From: Alphaproteobacteria bacterium
GTDB lineage: Bacteria; Pseudomonadota; Alphaproteobacteria; GCA-2731375
DNA: 64,000 nt
NCBI GenBank assembly: GCA_965232515.1
Contig: CBDDPY010000002.1
Location: 3,520,001 to 3,584,000 of the forward strand
Direction of reading: 5' to 3'
This document shows, piece by piece, positions 20,610-29,718 of the stretch. The notes beneath the pieces are model-generated. The model did no database searches and had not been told where the DNA came from. It saw nothing but the letters and a program-made list of their open reading frames with translations. The translations under genes were made by a program, and so were the position numbers. Every line of letters begins with the position of its first letter. The stretch's first letter is position 1.

Positions 20610-21155
20610 CTATTTGCCGAAGCTCTTGGCGCCGATGACGCGCTGCGAGATCAGCACCGCGACGGCCGCCGGTCCCTCGAAGGCCATGCGGGCCGCGGCC
20701 GCGACCGTCTCGCCCATGCGCGCGGCGTCGTCGACGGGCATGGTGATGACGCCCGACAGTTCCAGGACCTCCGGCGTCGCCTGCCCCATCGGCACCTGCC
20801 AGGGATTGAACTCGCCCCACTGGCCGCGCATGGTCACCAGCATCAGCAGCGGAAAGCGGCAGGTCTTGGTGAAGGCCAGCATGTTGATGCAATTGCCGAC
20901 GCCGCTGCTCTGCATCAGCATGGCGCCGCGCTGACCGCCGAGCCAGGCACCGCCCAAGAGCGCCATGCCCTCCTCTTCGGTGGTCAGCGGCACCGTCGTG
21001 ATTTCGTTCGACGCGATGCAGCGGTCGATCAGACGGCTGTGCCCGGCATCAGGCACGTAGGCGACCTGCGCTACGTCGTAGTCGCGCAGCACGGCGAAGA
21101 TCTCGTCGGACCAGTTGTTGTCGGTGTTACGCAAAGGCCGGTTACTCCCCGCCAC
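20610..21155 (-). CDS. comD: Sulfopyruvate/phosphonopyruvate decarboxylase alpha subunit
   Basis: YVPDAGH, TTEEEG, MQSSGVGN and RGQWGEFNPWQ motifs. Confidence 0.8.
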   Translation of the reverse strand: MAGSNRPLRNTDNNWSDEIFAVLRDYDVAQVAYVPDAGHSRLIDRCIASNEITTVPLTTEEEGMALLGGAWLGGQRGAMLMQSSGVGNCINMLAFTKTCRFPLLMLVTMRGQWGEFNPWQVPMGQATPEVLELSGVITMPVDDAARMGETVAAAARMAFEGPAAVAVLISQRVIGAKSFGK

Positions 21156-21333
21156 GCATTTTAAGACCGCCGGCCCGCACTGCCTAGTGCCGGATCAGGC
21201 GATCGCTGAGGGCGTCGGCTCGTACCTGCGTTAGCCACTGACGATAGCACGGTTCCGCAATGCGAGGTGTGCAAATGCTTTTCCCAACCACGAACCTGTC
21301 ATGACGGCACGGTTGCGGCGGCATTGATTGTGA

Positions 21334-21429
21334 GCGGCAACGTGGGAGGGGCGCCATTCCCTCATGCGGCAGGTGCCCTCGCGGGCACCCCGGCGGCAGG
21401 CGACTTTCCGACCGTCCACGCTACCTCGC
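21334..21429 (-). ncRNA. Candidate structured RNA (four-way junction) upstream of comDE
   Basis: Closing stem GGUAGCGUGG/CCACGUUGCC encloses three hairpins, one being GGUGCCC-GCGA-GGGCACC (GNRA loop only on the minus strand). Minus-strand TTGACA lies at 21457-21462. Confidence 0.45.
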
Positions 21430-21481
21430 GACAGGTAACATTGAGCACGTCGGTACTGTCAACGTTCATTCAGTCGAGCGA

Positions 21482-22966
21482 TCAGGTCAGGAGCAGCGCA
21501 TTTTCGGCAAGTTGCGACAGCGCCACCTCCAAGGCCGCCGGCAACTGATCGGGCGCGAGATCGATCAGGCCGGTCACCCGTCGCCGCTCCAGCATCGCCA
21601 GCAGCGCCGCCCGGTCCTGCGCGCCGTCGAGATGGCGCAGCACCTCGGCCGTCAGCGCGTCATCGATGGACACGCTGCGGTGGCGCTGGTTGGTCACCGC
21701 CTGGCCGTCGCGGATCTGCGTCCGTACCAGCGGGCTCGCCGTGGGCCGGTCGCCGGCCTCAGCGACGAACGCGGGTGCGCGGGTCGACAGGCCAACGAGG
21801 TTACGTCCGAACAGCTCTAGCAGCAGCGCGGCGACACCCTCGCCGTCGAGCATATCGGCGCAGGGCGCTGTGCCGAGGGGTTCATCGGCGAGCCGCAGCA
21901 GCGCCGCCTTATGCGTCGCCTCGGCGACGCCGATGCGCGCGCCCTCGGGGCTGCGGAACCGCAGCTCGGCCTCCGGCGGAATCACGGCCGGCCCGGGCAG
22001 CGGCCGCAACGTCGACTCGACCCAGAGATCGGTCAGCGCCGCCGCTTGCGGTTCGGCCGACGGCGCGGCGTCGGCGCGGCAGAGCAGCGTTTCGCGGAAC
22101 GACCGGTGCAGCCAGAAATCGATGTATTGCTCGCGGTCGACGCGGTCGCGGGCCGTCGCCAGGATCTGCCGCACCTCGTCGGGGAAGTTCAGGCTATAGG
22201 AGGCGCCGACATTGGCCTCGCTCAGATATTGCAGGCCGGCCGCGTCAGCGCGTGCAGCGAAGTCTCGGAAATAGACCGGGTGGTTCTCGGTCTCCATCAG
22301 GTCGTGCAGCAGGAACGCATCCGACAGGGCGTCGACGTTCTGCGTCTCGCGCTGCAGCAGGGCCGAGACCGCTGGATCACCGGCCTGATAGGTGCCGGTC
22401 AGCGCATGCAGGATGGCGCGGGCCTGTGTGGCCCTCGTGGCCGGATCGTCGAAGCGGCCGGCATGGTGCAGCATCAGGCCGCGGACCGACTCGCGCAGAT
22501 GCCAGCCGGGATAGGTGTTGAAGCTGACATAGGCGACGCCGCCGGGCCGCAGGCAATCCCGGCAGAGCCGCAGCAGCCCGTCCTGGACCTCCGGCGGCAC
22601 CCAGGAAAACACGCCGTGGGCGATGATGTAGTCGAAGTCGCCGGTGTCGCCCGGCGCCATGATATCGCCGGTCCGGAACGCAATGTTGCTTAGCCCCAGA
22701 TCGTCGACGGCGGCCTGCGCGTCGGCGATCTGGCGTGGCGAGATGTCGATGCCGAGGAATTCGCTGCCGGTCAGGTCGCAGGCCATGGGCAGCAGGTTGC
22801 CACCGCCGCTGCAGCCGACCTCCAGCACCCGGGCCTTGTCGATGGGCGCGGGCGTCAGGCCGTGGAGCCGGCCCAGCACGGCCAGCCGGTCGATATGCGA
22901 CATCGGGATCGGACGGCTGTCGTAAGGCGCGTCCTCGTAGCTCTGTTTCAGGATCTCGGTCGACAT
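21482..22966 (-). CDS. Class I SAM-dependent methyltransferase with methyltransferase regulatory domain
   Basis: VLEVGCSGGGNL, FDYIIAHGVFSW, YVSFNTYPGW and FRETLLCR motifs. Confidence 0.9.
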   Translation of the reverse strand: MSTEILKQSYEDAPYDSRPIPMSHIDRLAVLGRLHGLTPAPIDKARVLEVGCSGGGNLLPMACDLTGSEFLGIDISPRQIADAQAAVDDLGLSNIAFRTGDIMAPGDTGDFDYIIAHGVFSWVPPEVQDGLLRLCRDCLRPGGVAYVSFNTYPGWHLRESVRGLMLHHAGRFDDPATRATQARAILHALTGTYQAGDPAVSALLQRETQNVDALSDAFLLHDLMETENHPVYFRDFAARADAAGLQYLSEANVGASYSLNFPDEVRQILATARDRVDREQYIDFWLHRSFRETLLCRADAAPSAEPQAAALTDLWVESTLRPLPGPAVIPPEAELRFRSPEGARIGVAEATHKAALLRLADEPLGTAPCADMLDGEGVAALLLELFGRNLVGLSTRAPAFVAEAGDRPTASPLVRTQIRDGQAVTNQRHRSVSIDDALTAEVLRHLDGAQDRAALLAMLERRRVTGLIDLAPDQLPAALEVALSQLAENALLLT

Positions 22967-23045
22967 GGGACGGTTCGCGGACGGCTGGACTGGACGCTTC
23001 GGCGGCGCCATGTTAGCGTAATTCGGCGTTCAAGGAGACGCGCCA

Positions 23046-23093
23046 ATGGATATGGTCAAACACCCGCGCAAGTTCGTCTGCTGCCTCTGGTGA
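23046..23093 (+). promoter_or_regulatory. Putative attenuation leader peptide MDMVKHPRKFVCCLW upstream of trpEG
   Basis: AAGGAGA RBS at 23032-23038 before a 15-codon ORF ending TGC TGC CTC TGG TGA, followed by GC-rich pairing segments and a weak hairpin with a T tract near 23155-23180. Confidence 0.55.
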
Positions 23094-23245
23094 CGCGTCG
23101 ATAGACGCCGCGCGCACGCGCGACATATCCGGATTTCCCAATCCAATTCTTCATAAGGCACTGTATTTCATCAGTGTTTTGATTATGTGAGCGATGCCGG
23201 CGCAAGGCTTTGCGCGGGCTCTCGTTCCAGCCAGAGGCACAGCAC

Positions 23246-25426
23246 ATGACCTATTCCTTCACCAGCCGGACGGGCGTCCGCATCGAGCGCCAGACCGAGT
23301 TGCTGGACTTCGAGACCGGCGTCGATTTTCTGGTCGATCAGCTCGATGGCCAGCGCGGCATCTTTCTCTCCTCCGGCGTCGAGGACCCCGACCGCTACTC
23401 GCGCCTGGACTTCGGCTTCGTCGATCCACCGCTGGAGTTGGTCTCGCGCGACCGACGGATGACGATCAACGCCCTCAACCCACGCGGCGAAACCCTGCTG
23501 CGCATCCTGACGCCCGCCTTCACCGGCGACACCGCGGTCGAGGTCATCGAGCAATCCGACCGCCGGCTGACCCTGGAAGTGCCACCGTCGACGACCGTGT
23601 TCCCGGAAGAAGAGCGCAGCCAGCAGCCGTCCGTGTTCACGCCGATCCGGTCCCTGCTGGCCGATTTCGAGGGCATCGAGGACGGGTTCCTCGGCCTCTA
23701 CGGCGCTTTCGGCTACGACCTGATCTTTCAGTTCGAGGCCATGGCGCTGACCCAGGACCGCAGCGGCGGCGCCAAGGACATGCATCTGTTCCTGCCGGAC
23801 CGGATCTATGCCCTGGATCGGGCGAAGGAGCTGGCCCGCGTCTTCCGCTTCGAGTTCGCCCGCGACGGCGACGACACCGCCGGCCTGTCGGAAGCCCCGT
23901 TCACGCCGGTCACGGCCAGCACCGCGGCAGTAACCGGCGGCGAGATCACCTCGGACCATACGGCCGACGCCTATATGGCGAACGTCGACGCGGCGCGGGA
24001 GCGGATGCATGCCGGCGATATCTTCGAGGTGGTGCTGTCGCGTAAGTTCTCCAGCCCGTTCAGCGGCGCGCCGTCGGCGCTCTACCACCTGATGCGGCGG
24101 GTCAATCCCAGCCCGTATGAGTTCTTCTGCCAGTTCGGCGACGAGCAGCTGATCGGCGCCTCGCCCGAAATGTTCGTGCGCATCGATGGCGACCGGGTCG
24201 AATCCTGCCCGATCTCGGGCACCATCCGGCGCGGTGAGAACGCCATGGAGGACGCCGACCGCATCAAGCAGCTCTACAACTCGGACAAGGACGAGGTCGA
24301 GCTGACCATGTGCACCGACGTCGACCGCAACGACAAGTCGCGGATCTGCGTGCCGGGCTCGGTGAAGCTGCTGACCCGCCGGTTCATCGAGCGCTATGCC
24401 GGCCTGTTCCACACCGTCGATCATGTCGAGGGCCGGCTGCGGCCGGGCTTCCGCGGCCTCGACGCGTTCCTGAGCCATATGTGGGCGGTGACGCTGACCG
24501 GCGCGCCGAAACGCATGGCGGTGCGCCTGGTCGAGCGGATGGAGACCTCGGCGCGCGGCTGGTACGGCGGCGGCATCGGCACCATGCTGCTGAACGGCGA
24601 TGTGAATACCGGCATCACCATCCGCACCGTGCACCTGCATGACGGCGTCGCCGACTACCGGGCCGGCTCGACGCTGGTCTACGATTCGATTCCGGCCGAC
24701 GAGGAAGCGGAGACACGCATCAAGGCGACGGCCTTCTTCAACGCCATGGCCAACGTCGGCAAGCCAGTCGCCAAGCCGGCCGCAACGACGCCGGCCGGCG
24801 GCTACGAGGGCGTCTCGATCGTCATGGTCGACAACGAAGACTCCTTCGTGCACACGCTGGCCGACTATTTCCGACAGACCGGCGCCGATGTCCGCACCTA
24901 CCGCGCCGGCACGCCGTTCGAGACCCTTGTCGGCGGCGACCCGGACCTGGTCGTGCATTCGCCAGGTCCCGGCCGGCCGGCCGATTTCGGCGTGCCCGAA
25001 CTGGTCCGGCGCCTGGCCGAGCATGGCGTGCCGCAGTTCGGCGTCTGCCTGGGCCTGCAGGGCATCGTCGAGGCCTTCGGCGGGGAACTGGCGGTGCTCG
25101 ACGTGCCGCGGCACGGCAAGACCTGGACGGTCGACCATGACGGCGACGGCATCTTCGACGGCCTGCCGAACCCCTGCACCGTCGGCGCTTATCACTCGTT
25201 GGTGGCGGTGCGCGATGCCCTGCCCGAAACATTAGAGGTGACGGCGACCAACGGCGACGGTCTGGTCATGGCGGTGCGGCACCGCAGCCTGCCGGTCCAG
25301 GCGGTGCAGTTCCACCCGGAGTCGATCCTCAGCATGCAGGCCGCGACCGGCCATCACATCGTCCGCAACGTCCTGCGTGAATTGATCGATCCGGCAAGGC
25401 GGGGGACAAGGTCGGCGGCGGAATAG
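23246..25426 (+). CDS. trpEG: Fused anthranilate synthase TrpE-TrpG
   Basis: NPSPY, GASPEMFVR, CPISGT, ELTMCTDVDRND and TGAPK; GATase DNEDSF, SPGPG, GVCLGLQ and QFHPES. Confidence 0.93.
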   Translation: MTYSFTSRTGVRIERQTELLDFETGVDFLVDQLDGQRGIFLSSGVEDPDRYSRLDFGFVDPPLELVSRDRRMTINALNPRGETLLRILTPAFTGDTAVEVIEQSDRRLTLEVPPSTTVFPEEERSQQPSVFTPIRSLLADFEGIEDGFLGLYGAFGYDLIFQFEAMALTQDRSGGAKDMHLFLPDRIYALDRAKELARVFRFEFARDGDDTAGLSEAPFTPVTASTAAVTGGEITSDHTADAYMANVDAARERMHAGDIFEVVLSRKFSSPFSGAPSALYHLMRRVNPSPYEFFCQFGDEQLIGASPEMFVRIDGDRVESCPISGTIRRGENAMEDADRIKQLYNSDKDEVELTMCTDVDRNDKSRICVPGSVKLLTRRFIERYAGLFHTVDHVEGRLRPGFRGLDAFLSHMWAVTLTGAPKRMAVRLVERMETSARGWYGGGIGTMLLNGDVNTGITIRTVHLHDGVADYRAGSTLVYDSIPADEEAETRIKATAFFNAMANVGKPVAKPAATTPAGGYEGVSIVMVDNEDSFVHTLADYFRQTGADVRTYRAGTPFETLVGGDPDLVVHSPGPGRPADFGVPELVRRLAEHGVPQFGVCLGLQGIVEAFGGELAVLDVPRHGKTWTVDHDGDGIFDGLPNPCTVGAYHSLVAVRDALPETLEVTATNGDGLVMAVRHRSLPVQAVQFHPESILSMQAATGHHIVRNVLRELIDPARRGTRSAAE

Positions 25427-25427
25427 C

Positions 25428-27194
25428 TCAGGCGGTCGGCAACGCCGGCCGCTCCCGCTCCAGCACTTCCATCGTATGCCGGTAGCCGGTCTCGATGGCG
25501 GCGTCGAACGTGCCCCAGTCGCGGATGCCGATGTCGTCCAGCGGCGGCTCGATCAGAAGGTCGACATGGGCACGGGAGTCGCGGGTCTGCGCCGAGCTGC
25601 TGACGGTGGCGGCGCGCATCAGCAGGCTGACGATGCCGGGCGCGTGCCCGCGCCGGAGGTTCATCAGGTTGCGCAGCATGCCGGTCTCGAAACTGTCGAT
25701 CTCGGCCGAGACCGACCAGTCGGCGGCGACGTCGACGCCGATGATGGTGCCGTGCATCATCTCGTTCATGACGTCGGCCGGCAGGGCGTTCATGACCGCG
25801 CCATCCACCAGCACCGTGCCGGCATCCACGACGGGCGGCAGCACGCCGGGGATGGCGATGCTGGCGCGCAGGGCCCGCCACAGCGGCCCGGTGCGATGCA
25901 CGCGCGCGCTGCCCGCCGTCAGGTCGGACGACAGGCAGAAATAGGGCAGCCAGAGATCCTCGATCAGCGTTTCGCCGAAATGCGTGCGCAGGCGCCGAGT
26001 CGCCTTGCCACCCTTGATCAGGGCCACCAGCGGCAGCGTGTAGTCGTTCAGCGGATCGCTGGCGACGAAGGCGGCATGCATGCGCGCGCGCAATTCGTCG
26101 TCGTCCCACTGGAAGGCGAGGCCGGCGGCGATGATCGCGCCCATGCTGGCGCCGCCGACGAAATCGAAGGTGACGCCATATTCGCGCAACGCCTTGACGA
26201 CGCCGATATGACCGAAACCGCGGGCGCCGCCGCCGGACAGCACCAGGCCGACGGCCTTGTTGCTCAACAGGCGGGCCAGTCGCGCAAGGTCGCCCCCATG
26301 GCCGCGGCGAAGCTGGCAGCGGCAGGTCGGACCGTAGCGGTCGAGCCAGGCCTGGCCCGCCCTGGGCATGCCCGTTTCCGATTCCTGCAGCAGCACCAGC
26401 TCGGCTGCCGGCAGGCCGGCCCGGTCAAGCAGCTCGGCCGCGGCCAATTCCGGCGGTGGCGCTTCGTCGGCGTCCGCCAGCAGCACGACGCGGTCGGCCT
26501 GGCGGAGGCAGAGGCGCGACCAGGCGGTCGCGTCGCAGTCGGCGCGATAGAGGATCAGGTCATGCGCCGACTCGATGGCATGAAACCAGTCCTCGGTATG
26601 CACGGCCGCGCTGGCGTCCAGAAGATGCACGCGTTGCCCGTCGGCCGACAAGGTCTCCGACAGCGACCGCGCGAGCTCGGCGATCGGCACCGACGGCGTC
26701 AGCGGCAGCAGCGCGATCGTGCCCGGCGCCGGCGGGTGGTCCTTGACCACCGTCAGGCGCTGCAGCCGTTCGACCAGTTGCCGCGCGATCGGCATCATTG
26801 CCGCCGGATGCTCGGCCATCAGCCGGTCGAAGCCCGGCTTGCCGAGACGCAGCAGTGAGGTATCGCGGAGCGCCCGAATGCTGGCGCTGCGCGGAGAGCC
26901 GGAAATCATCGCCATCTCGCCGACGGTCTCGCCGACGCCGAGCCGGGCGATGAGCCGGGAGCCGTCCGCGCCGTCGCTGACGAAGACGCCCAGGCTGCCC
27001 GACGTGACGATGTATAGGGCATTGGCCTCGGCGCCTTCCTCGAACAGCGTCCAGCCGCCCGGCAGGCTGAACCATTCGAGCTCGGCGCCGACCCGACGGA
27101 CCAGGCCGCCGTCCGCGCGGTCGAACAGAAACAGCTCCTGGAACAGGCGGTAGAGCCGCAAAACGGTGTTCGGATGGCTGTCTTCCTGGGTCAC
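25428..27194 (-). CDS. Patatin-like phospholipase with N-terminal cNMP-binding domain (NTE family)
   Basis: GEMAM...PRSA cNMP motif; SGGGARG, GASMG and DGA patatin motifs. Confidence 0.92.
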   Translation of the reverse strand: MTQEDSHPNTVLRLYRLFQELFLFDRADGGLVRRVGAELEWFSLPGGWTLFEEGAEANALYIVTSGSLGVFVSDGADGSRLIARLGVGETVGEMAMISGSPRSASIRALRDTSLLRLGKPGFDRLMAEHPAAMMPIARQLVERLQRLTVVKDHPPAPGTIALLPLTPSVPIAELARSLSETLSADGQRVHLLDASAAVHTEDWFHAIESAHDLILYRADCDATAWSRLCLRQADRVVLLADADEAPPPELAAAELLDRAGLPAAELVLLQESETGMPRAGQAWLDRYGPTCRCQLRRGHGGDLARLARLLSNKAVGLVLSGGGARGFGHIGVVKALREYGVTFDFVGGASMGAIIAAGLAFQWDDDELRARMHAAFVASDPLNDYTLPLVALIKGGKATRRLRTHFGETLIEDLWLPYFCLSSDLTAGSARVHRTGPLWRALRASIAIPGVLPPVVDAGTVLVDGAVMNALPADVMNEMMHGTIIGVDVAADWSVSAEIDSFETGMLRNLMNLRRGHAPGIVSLLMRAATVSSSAQTRDSRAHVDLLIEPPLDDIGIRDWGTFDAAIETGYRHTMEVLERERPALPTA

Positions 27195-27273
27195 GTCCGG
27201 CGCCCGCCCCCGCGCGTTTTCGCCGATGATAGCGCGAAGCCGGGAGGCGACGCCAAGCGCGGGTTGGGCGGGG

Positions 27274-27720
27274 CTACGCGGCGAACAGGCCCATGGCGAC
27301 GGCGATGACGACGGCGTAGCGCACGCTCTTGCCGACCATCACCAGCGGCAGGAACAGCCAGAAGTTCACCCGCAGCACGCCGGCGACGACGGTCAATGGA
27401 TCACCGACCCATGGCAGCCAGGACAGCAGCAGCGACCAGAGGCCGTAGCGGTTGAACCAGTCGGTGGCGCGGTCGAGCTGCTTCCGTTTCAGCGGAAACC
27501 AGCGGCGGTCCCGGAAATGCACGAGATACCGGCCCAGACCCCAGTTGATCGTCGCACCGGCGGTGTTTCCGGCCGTGGCGACGATCAGAACCAGGGCCGG
27601 ATCGAACGCGTCCGAGGCCGACATCGCCGCGGTCGCCAGCTCCGAATAGAACGGCAGCAGCGTCGCGGCCAAGAACGCGCTGGCAAACAAGCCGGCATAG
27701 CCGGCGACGAAGAGATCCAT
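27274..27720 (-). CDS. YqaA/DedA-family membrane protein
   Basis: AFLAATLLP, GNTAG and LLSWLPWVGDPLT motifs. Confidence 0.9.
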   Translation of the reverse strand: MDLFVAGYAGLFASAFLAATLLPFYSELATAAMSASDAFDPALVLIVATAGNTAGATINWGLGRYLVHFRDRRWFPLKRKQLDRATDWFNRYGLWSLLLSWLPWVGDPLTVVAGVLRVNFWLFLPLVMVGKSVRYAVVIAVAMGLFAA

Positions 27721-27886
27721 CACGAGGCGATCAATTCAAGCGTTGAAACGGCCGAAGGCCCATGCCGACCCCGATTGCCGAATGGCGCCGGATACTGCAC
27801 CGGGGGACGCGGCAACGGCCAGTGACCAAAATGGTCGCCTGATTTATGGTTCGGGCGATATGCATCAATCTGTTGTGGAGGGAATC

Positions 27887-28210
27887 ATGCTGCTCGACGT
27901 CCGTACCTATACCTGCCGGCCCGGTACCATCAAGCAACATCTGGCGCTATACGAGAAAATGGGCAAGGAGCCGCAGACGCGCCATCTGGGCCAGCCGCTC
28001 GCCTATATGGCCACCGAAACCGGCAATCCGAATCAGTACATCCACATCTGGGTGTATGAAAACGCCGGCGACCGCGAGGCCAAGCGCAACGCCATGTGGG
28101 CCGATCCGGACTGGCTCGCCTATACGCAGGAAAGCGCCAAGCTGGGCGCGCTCGTCGAGCAGGAAAACAAATTGATGAAGCCGGTCGACTTCTTTCCAGC
28201 CCCGCGCTGA
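27887..28210 (+). CDS. NIPSNAP-family protein
   Basis: DVRTYTCRPG, NQYIHIWVY and ADPDW motifs; GGAGGG RBS. Confidence 0.9.
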   Translation: MLLDVRTYTCRPGTIKQHLALYEKMGKEPQTRHLGQPLAYMATETGNPNQYIHIWVYENAGDREAKRNAMWADPDWLAYTQESAKLGALVEQENKLMKPVDFFPAPR

Positions 28211-28298
28211 ACGACGATCAACCGCGACGCTTCCGCGACGGCGGTCGCCAATATGGCCGCCGTCGCTGAACCCGCCCCTTTTCGCACCGCATACCGAC

Positions 28299-28775
28299 TT
28301 GTCGACGAAATCACCCCACACGGACGAGAATCCGCTCCGGATCGACGACTCGCCGTTTTTTCAGCTCATGCGCGTCGTCAATCTGACGGCGAAGCCGTTC
28401 TTCACCAGGTTCGGCAAGGACCATGACCTGTCGATCAACGAATGGCGGGTGCTGATCGCGCTGGCCAACCGCGGTTCGATGGCGGCACACGAAATCTCGG
28501 CGCTGACCGGCATGGACAAAATGAACGTCAGCCGCGCCGTGCGCCGGCTGGCGGCGAAGGACCGCCTCGCACGCACGGCCGATACGCAGGACCGGCGACG
28601 GACGCTGTGCAGCCTGACGGACGAAGGCCGGCGCGTCTATATGGCGATCGCGCCGAACGCCAAACGGCGGGTGACGGCCCTGTTCGCCGGCCTGAGCACG
28701 GCCGAATCCGAAACCTTGTCCCGCCTGCTGGCGAAACTGGAACGCACCGCCGAGGGCTTGGGCCCCAACGATTGA
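28299..28775 (+). CDS. MarR-family transcriptional regulator
   Basis: LSINEWRVL, MDKMNVSRAVRRL and DRRRTLCSLTDEGR motifs. Confidence 0.92.
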   Translation: MSTKSPHTDENPLRIDDSPFFQLMRVVNLTAKPFFTRFGKDHDLSINEWRVLIALANRGSMAAHEISALTGMDKMNVSRAVRRLAAKDRLARTADTQDRRRTLCSLTDEGRRVYMAIAPNAKRRVTALFAGLSTAESETLSRLLAKLERTAEGLGPND

Positions 28776-28781
28776 ACCGGA

Positions 28782-29570
28782 CTAGAAGCCGTAGAGGTCC
28801 GGCAGGGCGGCGTCCCCCCATTCCACCGGCCCTTCCGCCCAGGCCAGCAGGTAGCAGCCGGCCCGGCTGCGCGCGGCGACGTGGTCGCCGGGCCCGGCGG
28901 TGACGAAGCAGTCGGCGTGCGCCGTCGCGTCCCCGACCTCGATGTCTCCGGCCAGCACGAACCAATCGACCACGGCGCTGTTGCGGTGCGCGGGAACCTC
29001 GGCGCCAGGCTGCAAGCGCAGCGTCACGAACCGATGGTCTGTCTCGGCCGGCGCGTAGTCGAAGATCGTCTGCCGGCTGACGCGGGGGACCGAGGTCGGA
29101 ATCTCGCGCAGATCGGCGACGGTCACGTTGATGTCAGGCCGGATTTCCGGGCTGATCTCCTGGAACGCCGACCGGGTGGCGCCGGTATGCAGCTGATGCA
29201 GCGTTTCGGCGTCTTCCGGATAGATCACCGGCGCCTCCAGCCGCGCGGCCAGCAGGCAGCCGTCGTAGGACACCGCGTCGTGGGTGTCGCCGCGCAGATT
29301 GATGCCGGCCTGGCCCTGCACCGCCGAGTCGCCGAAATCCGTCAGCGATCCGGAGAGGAAATAGCTGATCGCGACACCCTGGTGCTGGTGCAGGCCCGAC
29401 CGGACTTCCGGATCGAACCGGATCAGGCCGAGATACTTGCCGCGCTCCGTATCGGCGTAGACGACCTTCTGATAGAGACCCGACTTGCCGGCCTCGGCCC
29501 AGGGCATGGACGCCATGTCATGGATCACCGGCGCGCCGTCCGTCCGAGGCCATATCACGGATTGCGTCAT
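28782..29570 (-). CDS. Tandem cupin (ChrR-like cupin fold) protein
   Basis: SGLHQHQG...GDTHDA metal-site His residues in the first cupin; second cupin PGAEVPAHRN is degenerate; GGAAGGAGGG RBS. Confidence 0.72.
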   Translation of the reverse strand: MTQSVIWPRTDGAPVIHDMASMPWAEAGKSGLYQKVVYADTERGKYLGLIRFDPEVRSGLHQHQGVAISYFLSGSLTDFGDSAVQGQAGINLRGDTHDAVSYDGCLLAARLEAPVIYPEDAETLHQLHTGATRSAFQEISPEIRPDINVTVADLREIPTSVPRVSRQTIFDYAPAETDHRFVTLRLQPGAEVPAHRNSAVVDWFVLAGDIEVGDATAHADCFVTAGPGDHVAARSRAGCYLLAWAEGPVEWGDAALPDLYGF

Positions 29571-29605
29571 GGGCCCTCCTTCCGTGTCGCTGCGCCCGAG
29601 CCTGC

Positions 29606-29642
29606 TTGACAGGCGCGGTGACAATAGTAACAATTGTTACTA
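29606..29642 (+). promoter_or_regulatory. Sigma70-type promoter (TTGACA-N17-AACAAT) overlapped by a perfect 18-bp palindromic operator TAGTAACAATTGTTACTA
   Basis: TTGACA at 29606-29611; palindrome at 29625-29642 between the divergent cupin gene and the TRAP operon. Confidence 0.75.
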
Positions 29643-29718
29643 ATTAACATAGCGCGTGACGAACCGGTCCGGCAAGTAGAACACGCCGGCCGACATAGGG
29701 GACACTGGGGAGACGTCG

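Noticed and set aside
21185-21395. TPP riboswitch upstream of the ThDP-dependent comDE (GGGGTGCCC and CCTGATCCGG fragments on the minus strand)
   Set aside because: The essential CUGAGA motif and correct spacing are missing; kept only as an unassigned structured RNA candidate.
23246-25426. TrpEG fusion as a PhzE-type phenazine/ADIC synthase
   Set aside because: No phz or other secondary-metabolite genes adjacent; the Trp-containing leader favours tryptophan biosynthesis.
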